From Balanoglossus misakiensis (Eukaryota > Animalia > Hemichordata), in assembly GCA_040954595.2 (NCBI GenBank), contig CM082583.2, positions 1,250,925-1,314,924 of the forward strand: a stretch of DNA of 64,000 nucleotides, read 5' to 3'. Both the position numbers and the translations under genes were made by a program. This document shows, in pieces, positions 47,862 to 61,691 of the stretch. The notes under the pieces were generated by a model that searched no databases, was not told the origin of the DNA, and saw nothing but the letters and a program-made list of their open reading frames with translations. Each line of letters opens with the position of its first letter. Within the stretch, counting starts at the first letter, position 1.

Positions 47862-48229
47862 TGGTATTGGTATGGTTGCAGTTACCAGCAGCTGTAATAA
47901 CAACGATCTCAAGTAGTGGCCAGTCTATCCACTACGTCCAGCGTTTGATCTCATCTTTGAAGTACAGATGTGTTGGATATCATGCTTGGCAGCATGATTG
48001 ACCGGACGAGGTCTGGGCATGGTCTAGGATGTATCATCACATTCATGAAGAAAAGGATTCTTGTATTCGCGTTTCCTGAAAAACTTTCGACTTCGCGTTT
48101 CGAGATATTTATAGATATTGTTTTGTAATTTCTATTTGATATGTAATTTCGGCACATATGGATGTTGGCGTTTTGAATTTGCTAGGATGGAAATTGTTAA
48201 TGTTTTTTCATGAACAATTTGGGGGCTGG

Positions 48230-48616
48230 TGTAAGGACGCCCAGTTCTTAGAGAAACTGAAATATTTAGTCTAGCGCCCTCGCGCTGTGAGTACATTAGC
48301 GCATGCGCTTTTGTTTAGAAAATATCTGGAAAATTCCATGGCGCACATGTGAGGACTTTTGCACAGTTAGCCTGGGGATTTTTGCCAGTTTTCTACGGAA
48401 ACGTCAACCACCGCGACGCATCATCCAGTGCCAGTGTTGTATGTTCAGTCATTAAATGTTCGTGTAAAGTTCCGAGCAGCGTTTTCTGTGACATCTGACA
48501 AGGAATGTTCGTCGGCGATGGTGAGCTCCAGTTAGTTAACGGCAAATACTATAGAACCCTGTGGCCTTTGATGTGAATTAGGGCGCCATTTGAGACGGCA
48601 CATCGAGGTTACTACA
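48230..48616 (+). mobile_element. BEL/Pao family-2 3' LTR (387 bp)
   Basis: tgtaagg...tactaca, preceded by PPT-like gggggctgg and followed by ctggt. Confidence 0.92.
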
Positions 48617-51600
48617 CTGGTAACGTTGAACAAGTCGATTTTTCTAGGGCCTGGCTCGGCTAAATCTCCGTCACAATATGACAGACACTAGCGTATGTTA
48701 GCAACGGTGATCAAGTCAGATTTTCTACGGCATGGCTTGGATAAAGCCCCGGCACTCTAGAGCAGAAACACGCGTACAGAGACCACGTTGATCAAGTCTG
48801 ATCTCCTACGGCTTGGCTCGACTGAAACCCTGGCACACTATGACAGACACTAGCGTTCGTTAGCAACGTTGATCAAGTCAGATTTCCTACGGCATGGCTT
48901 GGCTAAAGCCCTGGCACTGTAGAGCAGAAACACGCGTACAGAGACCACGTTGATCTACTCACATTTCCTTCGGCCTGGCACGGCTGATGCCCCGGCACTA
49001 TATATAGGACACAGACTGGCGTAAGTTAACAACGGTAATCACGTCGGGTTTCCTACGGCCTGGCTCAGCTGAAGCCCCGGCACTCTAGAGCAGAAACAGG
49101 CGTACATTGACCACGTTGATCAAGTCAGATTTCCTACGGCGTGACTCGGCTGGTGCACCGGCTCTATATGACACAGACTGGCGTAAGTTATCAACGGTGA
49201 TTACGTCGGATTTCCTACGGCCTGGTTTAGCTGAAGCCCCGGCACTTTAGAGCGGAAACACGCGTACATTGACCACGATGATCAAGTCAGATCTCCTACG
49301 GCCTGGCTCGACTAAAAGCCCGGCACACCATGACAGACACTAGCGTTCGTTAGCAACGGTGATCAAGTCGGATTTCCTTCGGCCTGGCTCTGCAAAAGAC
49401 CCGACACTCTAGTACAAAGACGCTGGCTAAGTCGGGCAAACCGAAGAGGGAAAGTCACAGCGGGTCAACACTCGACATTTGTTCGGGTAGGACTGCATTA
49501 TTGCCTGTCAATTTATAGAGAAAGCCCGAATTTAACCAGGGCGCTTCAAACACCGACGTTAGTTGGGGGCACGGCCTGCAGTACTGCCGGGTAAGCTCAC
49601 ATCGGCGTACCGCATATAATGTAGGGGGGGGGGGAACAGAACGGTTCAATACTACATTTATTAGATATCAGCTAATTTTGGACAATCATCTAAAATCTAA
49701 ATCATTTTTTCATGTTTGGATATCTGATGATGTATGAAATTTCCATTATTTGTAAACATGGTGCTGATTATAAAAAATGCACTCTGAATGAGCTGATTTA
49801 ATACAAAATTGCGTTTTATTCGTTTTTGCACCAAAAAGGTCATTTTTAGGCAAAACATTCTTTATTTTATTAATTCGGTGACCTGATCATATATAAACAA
49901 TTGCTTGTATGTTAAAAGTTTTTATGACTTTTAAAAGCAGTGACACTGGCGTCATTCAACACGAAAATAACAATTTTAGCCACAATTTGGTCAAAATGGT
50001 AAATTTTTGAAAATTACAAAAAATATCTGTTTTCTACATTTTCGGAAATCTGATGGAGTATAGAATGCTTTTCGTATGTATATATCGATACAAATTCCAC
50101 AAAAGACCGTCTAATTTGGCTCACTGCAGACAAAATTGCTTTTTACCAAATTTTCCTTGAAAATGTCATTTTTAGAAAAAAAACTAAAAAAACCTTTGTT
50201 CTTCGAATTTGGTGCCCTGATCATATATGACATGTTGTTGTATGTTAAAACTTTCGACCACTCCAAAAATGCAGAGATATTGACGGAATTCAATAAAAAA
50301 TAGCCATTTTGGCCATATTTTGACAAAAAAGGTAAATTTTTAAAAAATCATAAAAAATTAACTCTTTTCTTCATTTTCGGAAATATTATGGAGCATGAAG
50401 TGTCGTTCTCTTGTAAAAAGTGCTGCAAATTCCAGAAAAGGCGGTATAATTTGAATCACCCAAGACAAAATTACCATTTTCGACTTTTTTTCGAAAAATT
50501 GTCTTTTTTACAAAATAAATAAGAATAAATTCTTTTCTTAGTTTCAAACGGGTAGAGATACTTTCCACACGGGTTTCTAACATTGAATTCCCGTTCATCA
50601 ACTCAGATTTCCTACAGCATAAGTCGGCTAAAACCCTGACACTCTAGAGCAGAAACTGTTGCACACTGGTAACGTTGAACAAGTCGATTTTTCTATGGCC
50701 TGGCTCGGCTAAATCTCCGTCACAATATGACAGACACTAGCGTACGTTAGCAACGGTGATCAAGTCAGATTTTCTACGGCATGGCTTGGATAAAGCCCCG
50801 GCACTCTAGAGCAGAAACACGCGTACAGAGACCACGTTGATCAAGTCTGATCTCCTACGGCTTGGCTCGACTAAAACCCCGGCACACTATGACAGACACT
50901 AGCGTTCGTTAGCAACGTTGATCAAGTCAGATTTCCTACGGCATGGCTTGGCTAAAGCCCTGGCTCTGTAGAGCAGAAACACGCGTACAGAGACCACGTT
51001 GATCTACTCACATTTCCTTCGGCCTGGCACGGCTGATGCCCCGGCACTATATATAGGACACAGACTGGCGTAAGTAAACAACGGTAATCACGTCGGGTTT
51101 CCTACGGCCTGGCTCAGCTGAAGCCCCGGCACTCTAGAGCAGAAACAGGCGTACATTGACCACGTTGATCAAGTCAGATTTCCTACGGCGTGACTCGGCT
51201 GGTGCACCGGCTCTATATGAGACAGACTGGCGTAAGTTATCAACGGTGATTACGTCGGATTTCCTACGGCCTGGTTTAGCTGAAGCCCCGGCACTTTAGA
51301 GCGGAAACACGCGTACATTGACCACGATGATCAAGTCAGATCTCCTACGGCCTGGCTCGACTAAAACCCCGGCACGCCATGACAGACACTAGTGTTCGTT
51401 AGCAACGGTGATCAAGTCGGATTTCCTTCGGCCTGGCTCTGCAAAAGACCCGACACTCTAGTACAAAGACGTTGGCTAATCGGGCAAACCGAAGAGGGAA
51501 AGTCACAGCGGGTCAACACTCGACATTTGTTCGGGTAGGACTGCATTATTGCCTGTCAATTTATAGAGAAAGCCCGAATTTTACCAGGGCGTTTCAAACA

Positions 51601-54600
51601 CCGACGTTAGTTGGGGGCACGGCCTGCAGTACTGCCGGGTAAGCTGACATCGGCGTACCGCATATAATGTAGGGGGGGGGGACAGAACGGTTCAATACTA
51701 CATTTATTAGATATCAGCTAATTTTGGACAATCATCTTAAATCTAAATCATTTTTTCATATTTGGATATCTGATGATGTATTAAATTTCCAGTATATGTA
51801 AAAATGGTGCTGATTATAAAAAATGCACTCTGAATGAGCTGATTTAATACAAAATTGCGTTTTATTCGTTTTTGCACCAAAAAGGTCATTTTTAGGCAAA
51901 ACATTCTTTATTTTTTTAATTCGGTGACCTGATCATATATAAACAATTGCTTGTATGTTAAAAGTTTTTATGACTTTTAAAAGCAGTGACACTGGCGGCA
52001 TTCAACACGAAAATAACAATTTTAGCCACAATTTGGTCAAAATGGTAAATTTTTGAAAATTATAAAAAATACCTGTTTTCTACATTTTCGGAAATCTGAT
52101 GGAGTATAGAATGCTCTTCGTATGTATATATCGATACAAATTCCACAAAAGACCGTCTAATTTGGCTCACTGCAGACAAAATTGCGTTTTACCAAATTTT
52201 CCTTGAAAATGTCATTTTTAGAAAAACAAATAAAAAAACCTTTGTTCTTCGAATTTGGTGCCCTGATCATATATGACATGTTGATTGTATGTTAAAACTT
52301 TCGACCACTCCAAAAATGCAGAGATATTGACGGAATTCAAGAAAAAATAGCCATTTTGGCCATAGTTTGACAAAAATGGTAAATTTTTAAAAAATCATAA
52401 AAAATTAACTCTTTTCTTCATTTTCGGAAATATTATGGAGCATGAAGTGTCGTTCTCTTGTAAAAAGTGCTGCAAATTCCAGAAAAGGCGGTATAATTTG
52501 AATCACCCAAGACAAAATTACCATTTTCGACTTTTTTTCGAAAAATTGTCTTTTTTACAAAATAAATAAGAATAAATTCTTTTCTTAGTTTCAAACGGGT
52601 AGAGATACTTTCCACACGGGTTTCCTAACATTGACTTCCCGTTCATCAACTCAGATTTCCTACAGCATAAGTCGGCTAAAACCCTGACACTCTAGAGCAG
52701 AAACAGTTGCACACTGGAAACGTTGAACAAGTCGATTTTTCTACGGCCTGGCTCGGCTAAATCTCCGTCACAATATGACAGACACTAGCGTACGTTAGCA
52801 ACGGTGATCAAGTGAGATTTCCTACGGCATGGCTTGGCTAAAGCCCTGGCACTCTAGAGCAGAAACACGCGTACAGAGACCACGGTGATCTACTCACATT
52901 TCCTTCGGCCTGGCACGGCTGATGCCCCGGCACTATATATAGGACACAGACTGGCGTAAGTTAACAACGGTAATCACGTCGGGTTTCCTACGGCCTGGCT
53001 CAGCTGAAGCCCCGGCACTCTAGAGCAGAAACACGCGTACAGAGACCACGTTGATCAAGTCTGATCTCCTACGGCTTGGCTCGACTAAAACCCCGGCACA
53101 CTATGACAGACACTAGCGTTCGTTAGCAACGTTGATCAAGTCAGATTTTCTACGGCTTGGCTTGGCTAAAACCCTGGCACTCTAGAGCAGAAACACGCGT
53201 ACAGAGACCACGTTAATCTACTCACATTTCCTTCGGCCTGGCACGGCTGATGCCCCGGCACTATATATATGACACAGACTGGCGTAAGTTAACAACGGTA
53301 ATCACGTCGGGTTTCCTACGGCCTGGCTCAGCTGAAGCCCCGGCACTCTAGAGCAGAAACAGGCGTACATTGACCACGTTGATCAAGTCAGATTTCCTAC
53401 GGCCTGGCTCGACTAAAACCCCGGCACACCATGACAGACACTAGCGTTCGTTAGCAACGGTGATCAAGTCGGATTTCCTTCGGCCTGGCTCTGCAAAAGA
53501 CCCGACACTCTAGTACAAAGACGTTGGCTAAGTCGGGCAAACCGAAGAGGGAATGTCACAGCGGGTCAACACTCGACATTTGTTCGGGTAGGACTGCATT
53601 ATTGCCTGTCAATTTATAGAGAAAGCCCGAATTTAACCAGGGCGTTTCAAACACCGACGTTAGTTGGGGGCACGGCCTGCAGTACTGCCGGGTAAGCTTA
53701 CATCGGCGTACCGCATATAATGTAGGGGGGGGGACAGAACGGTTCAATACTACATTTATTAGATATCAGCTAATTTTGGACAATCATCTAAAATCTAAAT
53801 CATTTTTTCATATTTGGATATCTGATGATGTATGAAATTTCCATTTTATGTAAAAATGGTGCTGATTATAAAAAATGCACTCTGAATGAGCTGATTTAAT
53901 ACAAAATTGCGTTTTTGCACCAAAAAGGTAATTTTTAGGCAAAACATTCTTTATTTTTTTTAATTCGGTGACCTGATCATATATAAACAATTGCTTGTAT
54001 GTTAAACGTTTTTATGACTTTTAAAAGCAGTGACACTGGCGGCATTCAACACGAAAATAACAATTTTAGCCACAATTTGGTCAAAATGGTAAATTTTTAA
54101 AAATTACAAAAAAGACCTGTTTTCTACATTTTCGGAAATCTGATGGAGTATAGAATGCTTTTCGTATGTATATATCGATACAAATTCCACAAAAGACCGT
54201 CTAATTTGGCTCACTGCAGACAAAATTGCTTTTTACCAAATTTTCCTTGAAAATGTCATTTTTAGAAAAAAAACTAAAAAAACCTTTGTTCTTCGAATTT
54301 GGTGCCCTGATCATATATGACATGTTGATTGTATGTTAAAACTTTCGACCACTCCAAAAATGCAGAGATATTGACGGAATTCAATAAAAAATAGCCATTT
54401 TGGCCATATTTTGACAAAAAAGGTAAATTTTTAAAAAATCATAAAAAATTAACTCTTTTCTTCATTTTCGGAAATATTATGGAGCATGAAGTGTCGTTCT
54501 CTTGTAAAAAGTGCTGCAAATTCCAGAAAAGGCGGTATAATTTGAATCACCCAAGACAAAATTACCATTTTCGACTTTTTTTCGAAAAATTGTCTTTTTT

Positions 54601-56812
54601 ACAAAATAAATAAGAATAAATTCTTTTCTTAGTTTCAAACGGGTAGAGATACTTTCCACACGGGTTTCTAACATTGAATTCCCGTTCATCAACTCAGATT
54701 TCCTACAGCATAAGTCGGCTAAAACCCTGACACTCTAGAGCAGAAACTGTTGCACACTGGTAACGTTGAACAAGTCGATTTTTCTATGGCCTGGCTCGGC
54801 TAAATCTCCGTCACAATATGACAGACACTAGCGTACGTTAGCAACGGTGATCAAGTCTGATTTTCTACGGCATGGCTTGGATAAAGCCCCGGCACTCTAG
54901 AGCAGAAACACGCGTACAGAGACCACGTTGATCAAGTCTGATCTCCTACGGCTTGGCTCGACTAAAACCCCGGCACACTATGACAGACACTAGCGTTCGT
55001 TAGCAACGTTGATCAAGTCAGATTTCCTACGGCATGGCTTGGCTAAAGCCCTGGCTCTCTAGAGCAGAAACACGCGTACAGAGACCACGTTGATCTACTC
55101 ACATTTCCTTCGGCCTGGCACGGCTGATGCCCCGGCACTATATATAGGACACAGACTGGCGTAAGTAAACAACGGTAATCACGTCGGGTTTCCTACGGCC
55201 TGGCTCAGCTGAAGCCCCGGCACTCTAGAGCAGAAACAGGCGTACATTGACCACGTTGATCAAGTCAGATTTCCTACGGCGTGACTCGGCTGGTGCACCG
55301 GCTCTATATGAGACAGACTGGCGTAAGTTATCAACGGTGATTACGTCGGATTTCCTACGGCCTGGTTTAGCTGAAGCCCCGGCACTTTAGAGCGGAAACA
55401 CGCGTACATTGACCACGATGATCAAGTCAGATCTCCTACGGCCTGGCTCGACTAAAACCCCGGCACGCCATGACAGACACTAGCGTTCGTTAGCAACGGT
55501 GATCAAGTCGGATTTCCTTCGGCCTGGCTCTGCAAAAGACCCGACACTCTAGTACAAAGACGTTGGCTAATCGGGCAAACCGAAGAGGGAAAGTCACAGC
55601 GGGTCAACACTCGACATTTGTTCGGGTAGGACTGCATTATTGCCTGTCAATTTATAGAGAAAGCCCGAATTTTACCAGGGCGTTTCAAACACCGACGTTA
55701 GTTGGGGGCACGGCCTGCAGTACTGCCGGGTAAGCTGACATCGGCGTACCGCATATAATGTAGGGGGGGGGGGGACAGAACGGTTCAATACTACATTTAT
55801 TAGATATCAGCTAATTTTGGACAATCATCTTAAATCTAAATCATTTTTTCATATTTGGATATCTGATGATGTATTAAATTTCCAGTATATGTAAAAATGG
55901 TGCTGATTATAAAAAATGCACTCTGAATGAGCTGATTTAATACAAAATTGCGTTTTATTCGTTTTTGCACCTAAAAGGTCATTTTTAGGCAAAACATTCT
56001 TTATTTTTTTAATTCGGTGACCTGATCATATATAAAGAATTGCTTGTTTGTTAAAAGTTTTTATGACTTTTAAAAGCAGTGACACTGGCGGCATTCAACA
56101 CGAAAATAACAATTTTAGCCACAATTTGGTCAAAATGGTAAATTTTTGAAAATTACAAAAAATACCTGTTTTCTACATTTTCGGAAATCTGATGGAGTAT
56201 AGAATGCTCTTCGTATGTATATATCGATACAAATTCCACAAAATACCGTCTAATTTGGCTCACTGCAGACAAAATTGCGTTTTACCAAATTTTCCTTGAA
56301 AATGTCATCTTTAGAAAAAAAAAATAAAAAAACCTTTCTTTTTCGAATTTGGTGCCCCGATCATATATGACATGTTGATTGTATGTTAAAACTTTCGACC
56401 ACTCCAAAAATGCAGAGATATTGACGGAATTCAAGAAAAAATAGCCATTTTGGCCATATTTTGACAAAAATGGTAAATTTTTAAAAAATCATGAAAAATT
56501 AACTCTTTTCTTCATTTTCGGAAATATTATGGATCATGAAGTGTCGTTCTCTTGTAAAAAGTGCTGCAAATTCCAGAAAAGGCGGTATAATTTGAATCAC
56601 CCAAGACAAAATTACCATTTTCGACTTTTTTTCGAAATATTGTCTTTTTTACAAAATAAATAATAATAAATTCTTTTCTTAGTTTGAAACGGGTAGAGAT
56701 ACTTTCCACACGGGTTTTCTAACAATGAATTCCCGTTCATCAACTCAGATTTCCTACAGCATAAGTCGGCTAAAATCCTGACACTCTAGAGCAGAAACAG
56801 TTGCACACTGGT
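48617..56812 (-). repeat. Composite satellite, block 4, inverted orientation (~4 units)
   Basis: Reverse complement of blocks 1-3; spurious ORF MESISTRLK... recurs on minus strand at ~2.05 kb spacing. Confidence 0.97.
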
Positions 56813-57363
56813 TGTAAGGACGCCCAGTTCTTAGAGAAACTGAAATATTTAGTCTAGCGCCCTCGCGCTGTGAGTACATTAGCGCATGCGCTTTTGTTTA
56901 GAAAATATCTGGAAAATTCCATGGCGCACATGTGAGGACTTTTGCACAGTTAGCCTGGGGATTTTGGCAGTTTTCTACGGAAACTTTAACCACCGCGACG
57001 CATCTCCAGTGCCAGTGTTGTATGTTCAGTCATTAAATGTTCGTGTAAAGTTCCGAGCAGCGTTTTCTGTGACATCTGACAAGGAATGTTCGTCGGCGAT
57101 GGTGAGCTCCAGTTAGTTAACGGCAAATACTATAGAACCCTGTGGCCTTTGATGTGAATTAGGGCGCCATTTGAGACGGCACATCGAGGTTACTACAGTA
57201 GAAAACTGTGATCGACCGGGCAGAAACTGTCACCTTCGGAAGATTGGTAGAAAGAATCTGGTAGGACAGCGATTTATTATCAGTATTTTCCTGTCTAGCA
57301 GTACATTGGACTCGGCGTGTCTCCATAAAAACAGACAAGCACAAAGAAGCTGAAAGAGAAAGA

Positions 57364-57769
57364 TTGAAAACTACCAGATCACACATCTATGGTAGAGTAA
57401 CAACATTGATGAATCAGATAACATCTCTGATGGAAGATAAAGTCAATGGTATTTTGGTGAAAACTAAAATGAAAGAATGTGATGTTGCCTTTGAAAACTT
57501 CAAAGAGGCTGATGTCAAATACCATGAGTCATTGGATGAAAAAGAAAAACAACATATGTATACCAGTTGGTCATTACCACGTATGACTGGGTTTGATGAA
57601 TTTCAGCATGTAGTTGACACCTGGCTATTTCGCCATGGGCTGCATGATTCCACGTTGGCAGACACTGTGGGGCCAGAAGATAGCGTGTCCCATATTGGTA
57701 GTAAGACACCTAGATTTAAATCAGCAAGATCAAGCAGAGTGTCATCACACGTGTCCTCACGTGGTAGTA
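57364..57769 (+). pseudogene. BEL/Pao gag N-terminal part (interrupted)
   Basis: RSHIYGRVTTLMNQI...VGPEDSVSHIGS...SSRVSS; frame rejoins at 62036 after removing the insert and one TSD. Confidence 0.8.
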
Positions 57770-59239
57770 CAGTCTGATCTCAGCCTATTGAAATTCGCCA
57801 AAATCTTACAACAGAGAGCCTCGTTTTCACTTCTATCCAATATGGCGGCCTACCGAAAACTTGAAACCTGCATGCTGGCATGAAAAGAGGTGTACACGCT
57901 TTAATTTTGGATGACAAGGTTCGTTTTCCATCAATTATTGTCTAAAATGATGTTGTCTTACGTTTTATGACGCTCGTTTCAGCTGTAATAAATTATTTTG
58001 AAACCCTGCATACTGGCGATGTGGCAGTGACTCGATCGTACGATGTTATGAATGTGAATGCTAATTTTTGAGAAGCGATACAAAAATTAGAGGGTCTTGA
58101 GCAGAAGCGTAAATACGGTTTTTTACATGGTCTATGTATTAGCTATAACTGTGCCAAGTTTGGTTTGCCTACGGTGAAGCACTTTGACGCGGGGCAGTGT
58201 TGAATGTGACCTCTCAAGCAACATACTATATGTATAGGACCTCCGTAAGGGTGTTTCGATTGCGTAACACGGAAACTCGGCTGATCAAATCACAGTCCCC
58301 GGCAGTCTGCCGGGACTTTACACTGAACATAACATTGCAGATGAGTTATGAGACAATCAATGCTCGATAACAGCCTAGGTTTTGACAATGGATATTCATG
58401 TGTTTTAGAGATTAACCCGGATAAGTGGCGGTCTGCATAGACAGTATGTACATAGTATGCATAGTGGTGACTGTGAGGTGTATCTGACAATAAAATCATG
58501 GTGTACTACAACAGACTACACTGGTCCAACTCTCCTTTTTCTGACATTGATTGGTAATTTGGCAATTTTTAAAAACATTTTTTTTTCTTTTTGATTATTT
58601 CTAATTTAAGAATTTTATGTATATTTTTTCAATCAATAAAATTATTGCCAGCCTTATAATTCTACATTTAGTTTTCTAACTCCATATCTGAATAATCACT
58701 GTAATTATTTGTATCATTTTCATATGCATTTGTTGTACTCTCTTGTAAATCTTCCTCAGGTAATTGGTATTCCTGTTCTACCTCTTCTATCTCTAGTATG
58801 TCAAACGTTTCAAAAGTATCCACCGTTTCTTCATTCATAATCATTTCTAGAATTGAATCATCTTCACTTACTCTGTCAATATAACTTCTACTGGTGTTTT
58901 TACCACTTCTAGTGTTTTCACAGTTTGTTATGTATAGTGGTCTTTATGGAGTTTAGAATGTTATTCCTTCCATCTGTGGCATTTGCCATAGACCTCAGCA
59001 GTCTATTTAAAACCAGCAAACTATCTCTACTCTTGGAGGAAAACACAAACGACCCCTTTCTCACCATTATGAAAAGCTTCACAAAGACAAAGTATGTTGC
59101 AGTTAAAAGACTGAAAATGACTATAGAAAAATATGACTTGCATAGACAGACTGATAAATGCCCAATCAGTTACTATGCCCAGACTGGACAAAAGCCTTTC
59201 ACTGTCACTCTGCACAGACAGCCCAGACAAATGCCAGTT

Positions 59240-59263
59240 CACACACACACACACACACACACA
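59240..59263. repeat. (CA)n microsatellite
   Basis: cacacaca... run. Confidence 0.95.
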
Positions 59264-59788
59264 CCCTGCAAAGACTAGACTAAATATCAGTTCACAAAAA
59301 CTCTGCACAGTGCAGACTAGACAATTGTCAGTCAAACTAAAACCACACAGACTACTCCTACACAGACTGGAAAATGCCTGTTCAGTAATACTCAAACAAT
59401 AACAGTTAATGAAATTTACCTTTTTAATTTTTATTGTCAAATAAATACAATATAATATATAAAAGGTAACAACTGAGGAAAGCAAGATTAATAAAGGAAA
59501 CTCCTGAATGCAAAAAAGTGTGGGAACTGGCCACCAACCACACTACACGCAGACTCACTAAAAGTAAAACACTGATCGATCAGCACAGACGCACTTCTTT
59601 CTTCGTTGTCTCCTGAAAGACAAAGAAACAAACTGTAAGGCGTACGATAATTATTGGTGAAGTTCTCAACAAGAGATTTGAGAAACACTTGCTCCGGCTT
59701 CCACACACACACGACACTGCTGCAACAGTGCACGCCAAGCAAGGAATCATGCTGCCCGGGAAACTTTCCCTCCGGCGCGCTTACTTAA

Positions 59789-60134
59789 AGGGACAAAGTC
59801 TCTCTCTCGCTGCCCTTTTTCCACTAATTATGTTTGATACAAAACACTGTTTATGTTAATGTACATGTGGATATATAGTAAATCTACATTCGACCACACA
59901 CAACTTCCATCCCACTTGTAAGATATGAGAGTAAAAACTCGCCCAAAATGAATAAATGGTAAAGAACGATTATTCATTTTGGCGAGTTTTTTCACTCTCC
60001 TGTCTATAAGAGGGATGGAAGTTGTGTGTGGTTGAACGTTGATTCACTATATATCCACATGTAGAATAACAAACGGTGTCTTGTATCAAATATAATTAAT
60101 GGAAAAAAGGCAGCTAGAGAGAGACTTTGTCCCT
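59789..60134. mobile_element. Kolobok-type palindromic MITE (346 bp)
   Basis: TTAA at 59785-59788 and 60135-60138; TIR agggacaaagtctctctct / agagagagactttgtccct; long imperfect palindrome. Confidence 0.85.
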
Positions 60135-60409
60135 TTAAGGTCTACGATGACGTCTGGACACCTACTGTCCCATCATTGCGCCAAAAATCATGTCCAATCA
60201 GAGCTCTCAGCAAGAAAATTACGAAATTGGACCGGGACATAATGATCTAAAATAGCTTGCCACAGTCGCGCATTCGCTACTTCCGGGTATGGATTCCTTC
60301 CGCCGCCATGTTAGAACACGGTACATACACACATTCAGTAAACAGGCGTTCGCAATTTTTCCGGACCTTGAGCAGACTAAAAATACGCAAATTTCGATAA
60401 AACAATAAT

Positions 60410-61656
60410 CAACTCAACATTTTGCTTGTTCTTGATGAAAAAAGAGATGTTTTCTTGGTATTACTCGATCTTTCCGCAGCATTTGACACTGTGAACCATA
60501 CCATTTTACTCAATCGCTTAAGAGACCGCTTCGGTCTCTCAGATACTGTTCTCATGTGGTTTAAGTCATACCTTTCCAATCGTAGTCAGTGTGTACTTGT
60601 AAATTCCACCCAATCACCTTTTTATCCGCTCGACACTGGGGTACCACAGGGATCAGTTCTTGGTCCCATACTTTTCAATATGTACACGTCTCCATTAGGT
60701 GAATTAGTTCAAAGTCATGGTTGTCTTTATAGTTTTTATGCAGATGACTCTTCACTTTATATGTCTTTTAGTAAAGACAACGCAGCAAGAACTGTTTCAA
60801 ATCTTGAACTTTGTATTTCTGATGTTAGGTTTTGGATGTCTGAAAACTTCTTGTGCTTAAACGATGATAAGACTGAATTTGTTATTTTCTCTGGTATTTT
60901 GGGTGATCTGTCTGCTAGAGGGATTTCAGAAATTCGCGTTGGCGATTCTCTGATTCCCGTCCATTGTCAGGCTAAGAGCCTTGGAGTGATCCTTGACTCT
61001 TGTCTGACAATGAAGCCACATATTGGACAGATCTGCCGCTCTGCCACTTTTCATTTACGTCGCATTGCGCTTATCCGCAAATATTTATCTCATTCAGCTA
61101 CAGAGCAATTAGTTCATGCATTCATTACGTCTCGAATTGATTCATGTAATTCACTTTTTTGGGGGCTCCCGAAGTATTCAATCAACCGTATCCAACGCGT
61201 TCAGAATATTGCTGCTAGAATTGTAACTCGTTCTAAAATCACCTGTCACATCACTCCAATTTTGTATCAGTTGCACTGGCTACCTGTTACAGAGCGTATT
61301 GTTTTTAAGATGTTAGTTCTCATTTTTAAATCCATTCATAAACTTGGTCCAATCTATCTTTCTAGCATGACTAATCTATATGTTCCATGTCGCAATTTAA
61401 GGTCAGCTGATCAGTTCAAACTCTGCCCTGTTCGATCACGCACCAAGAGTTATGGTGATCGTGCTTTTACTGTTGCTGCTCCAATTCTTTGGAATAATCT
61501 TCCACTCACCATTCGCCAGGCACCAGACTTATCTGTTTTTAAATCAAATGTTAAAACTTTATTTTTTAAATCTGTTTTTAGCCATTTGTTGTATTGTACT
61601 TTTGCTTTAAGCGTCATTGATCACATTTTTTGTGGATACTGACGCTATACAAATAA

Positions 61657-61691
<35 letters not shown>
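60410..61691 (+). mobile_element. 5'-truncated L2-clade LINE (RT C-half, ORF 60422-61642) with (ATT)n tail
   Basis: LLDLSAAFDTV, GVPQGSVLGP, YADD, HITPILYQLHWLPV, GDRAF..AAPILWNNLP; aataaa then (att)n to ~61691; 5' end approximate. Confidence 0.92.

Noticed and set aside
53805-53845. Hammerhead-like core CTGATGA...GAAA in every satellite unit (hammerheads are known in some satellites)
   Set aside because: Only 5 nt between the boxes with no stem II, and no stem III pairing; the neighbouring AT sub-repeat has CTGATGG
20338-56709. Recurrent 60-99 aa ORFs (MESISTRLK..., MNRSVPP..., MSKYGQN...)
   Set aside because: Chance frames in satellite; mostly TTG/GTG starts and freely frameshifted between units
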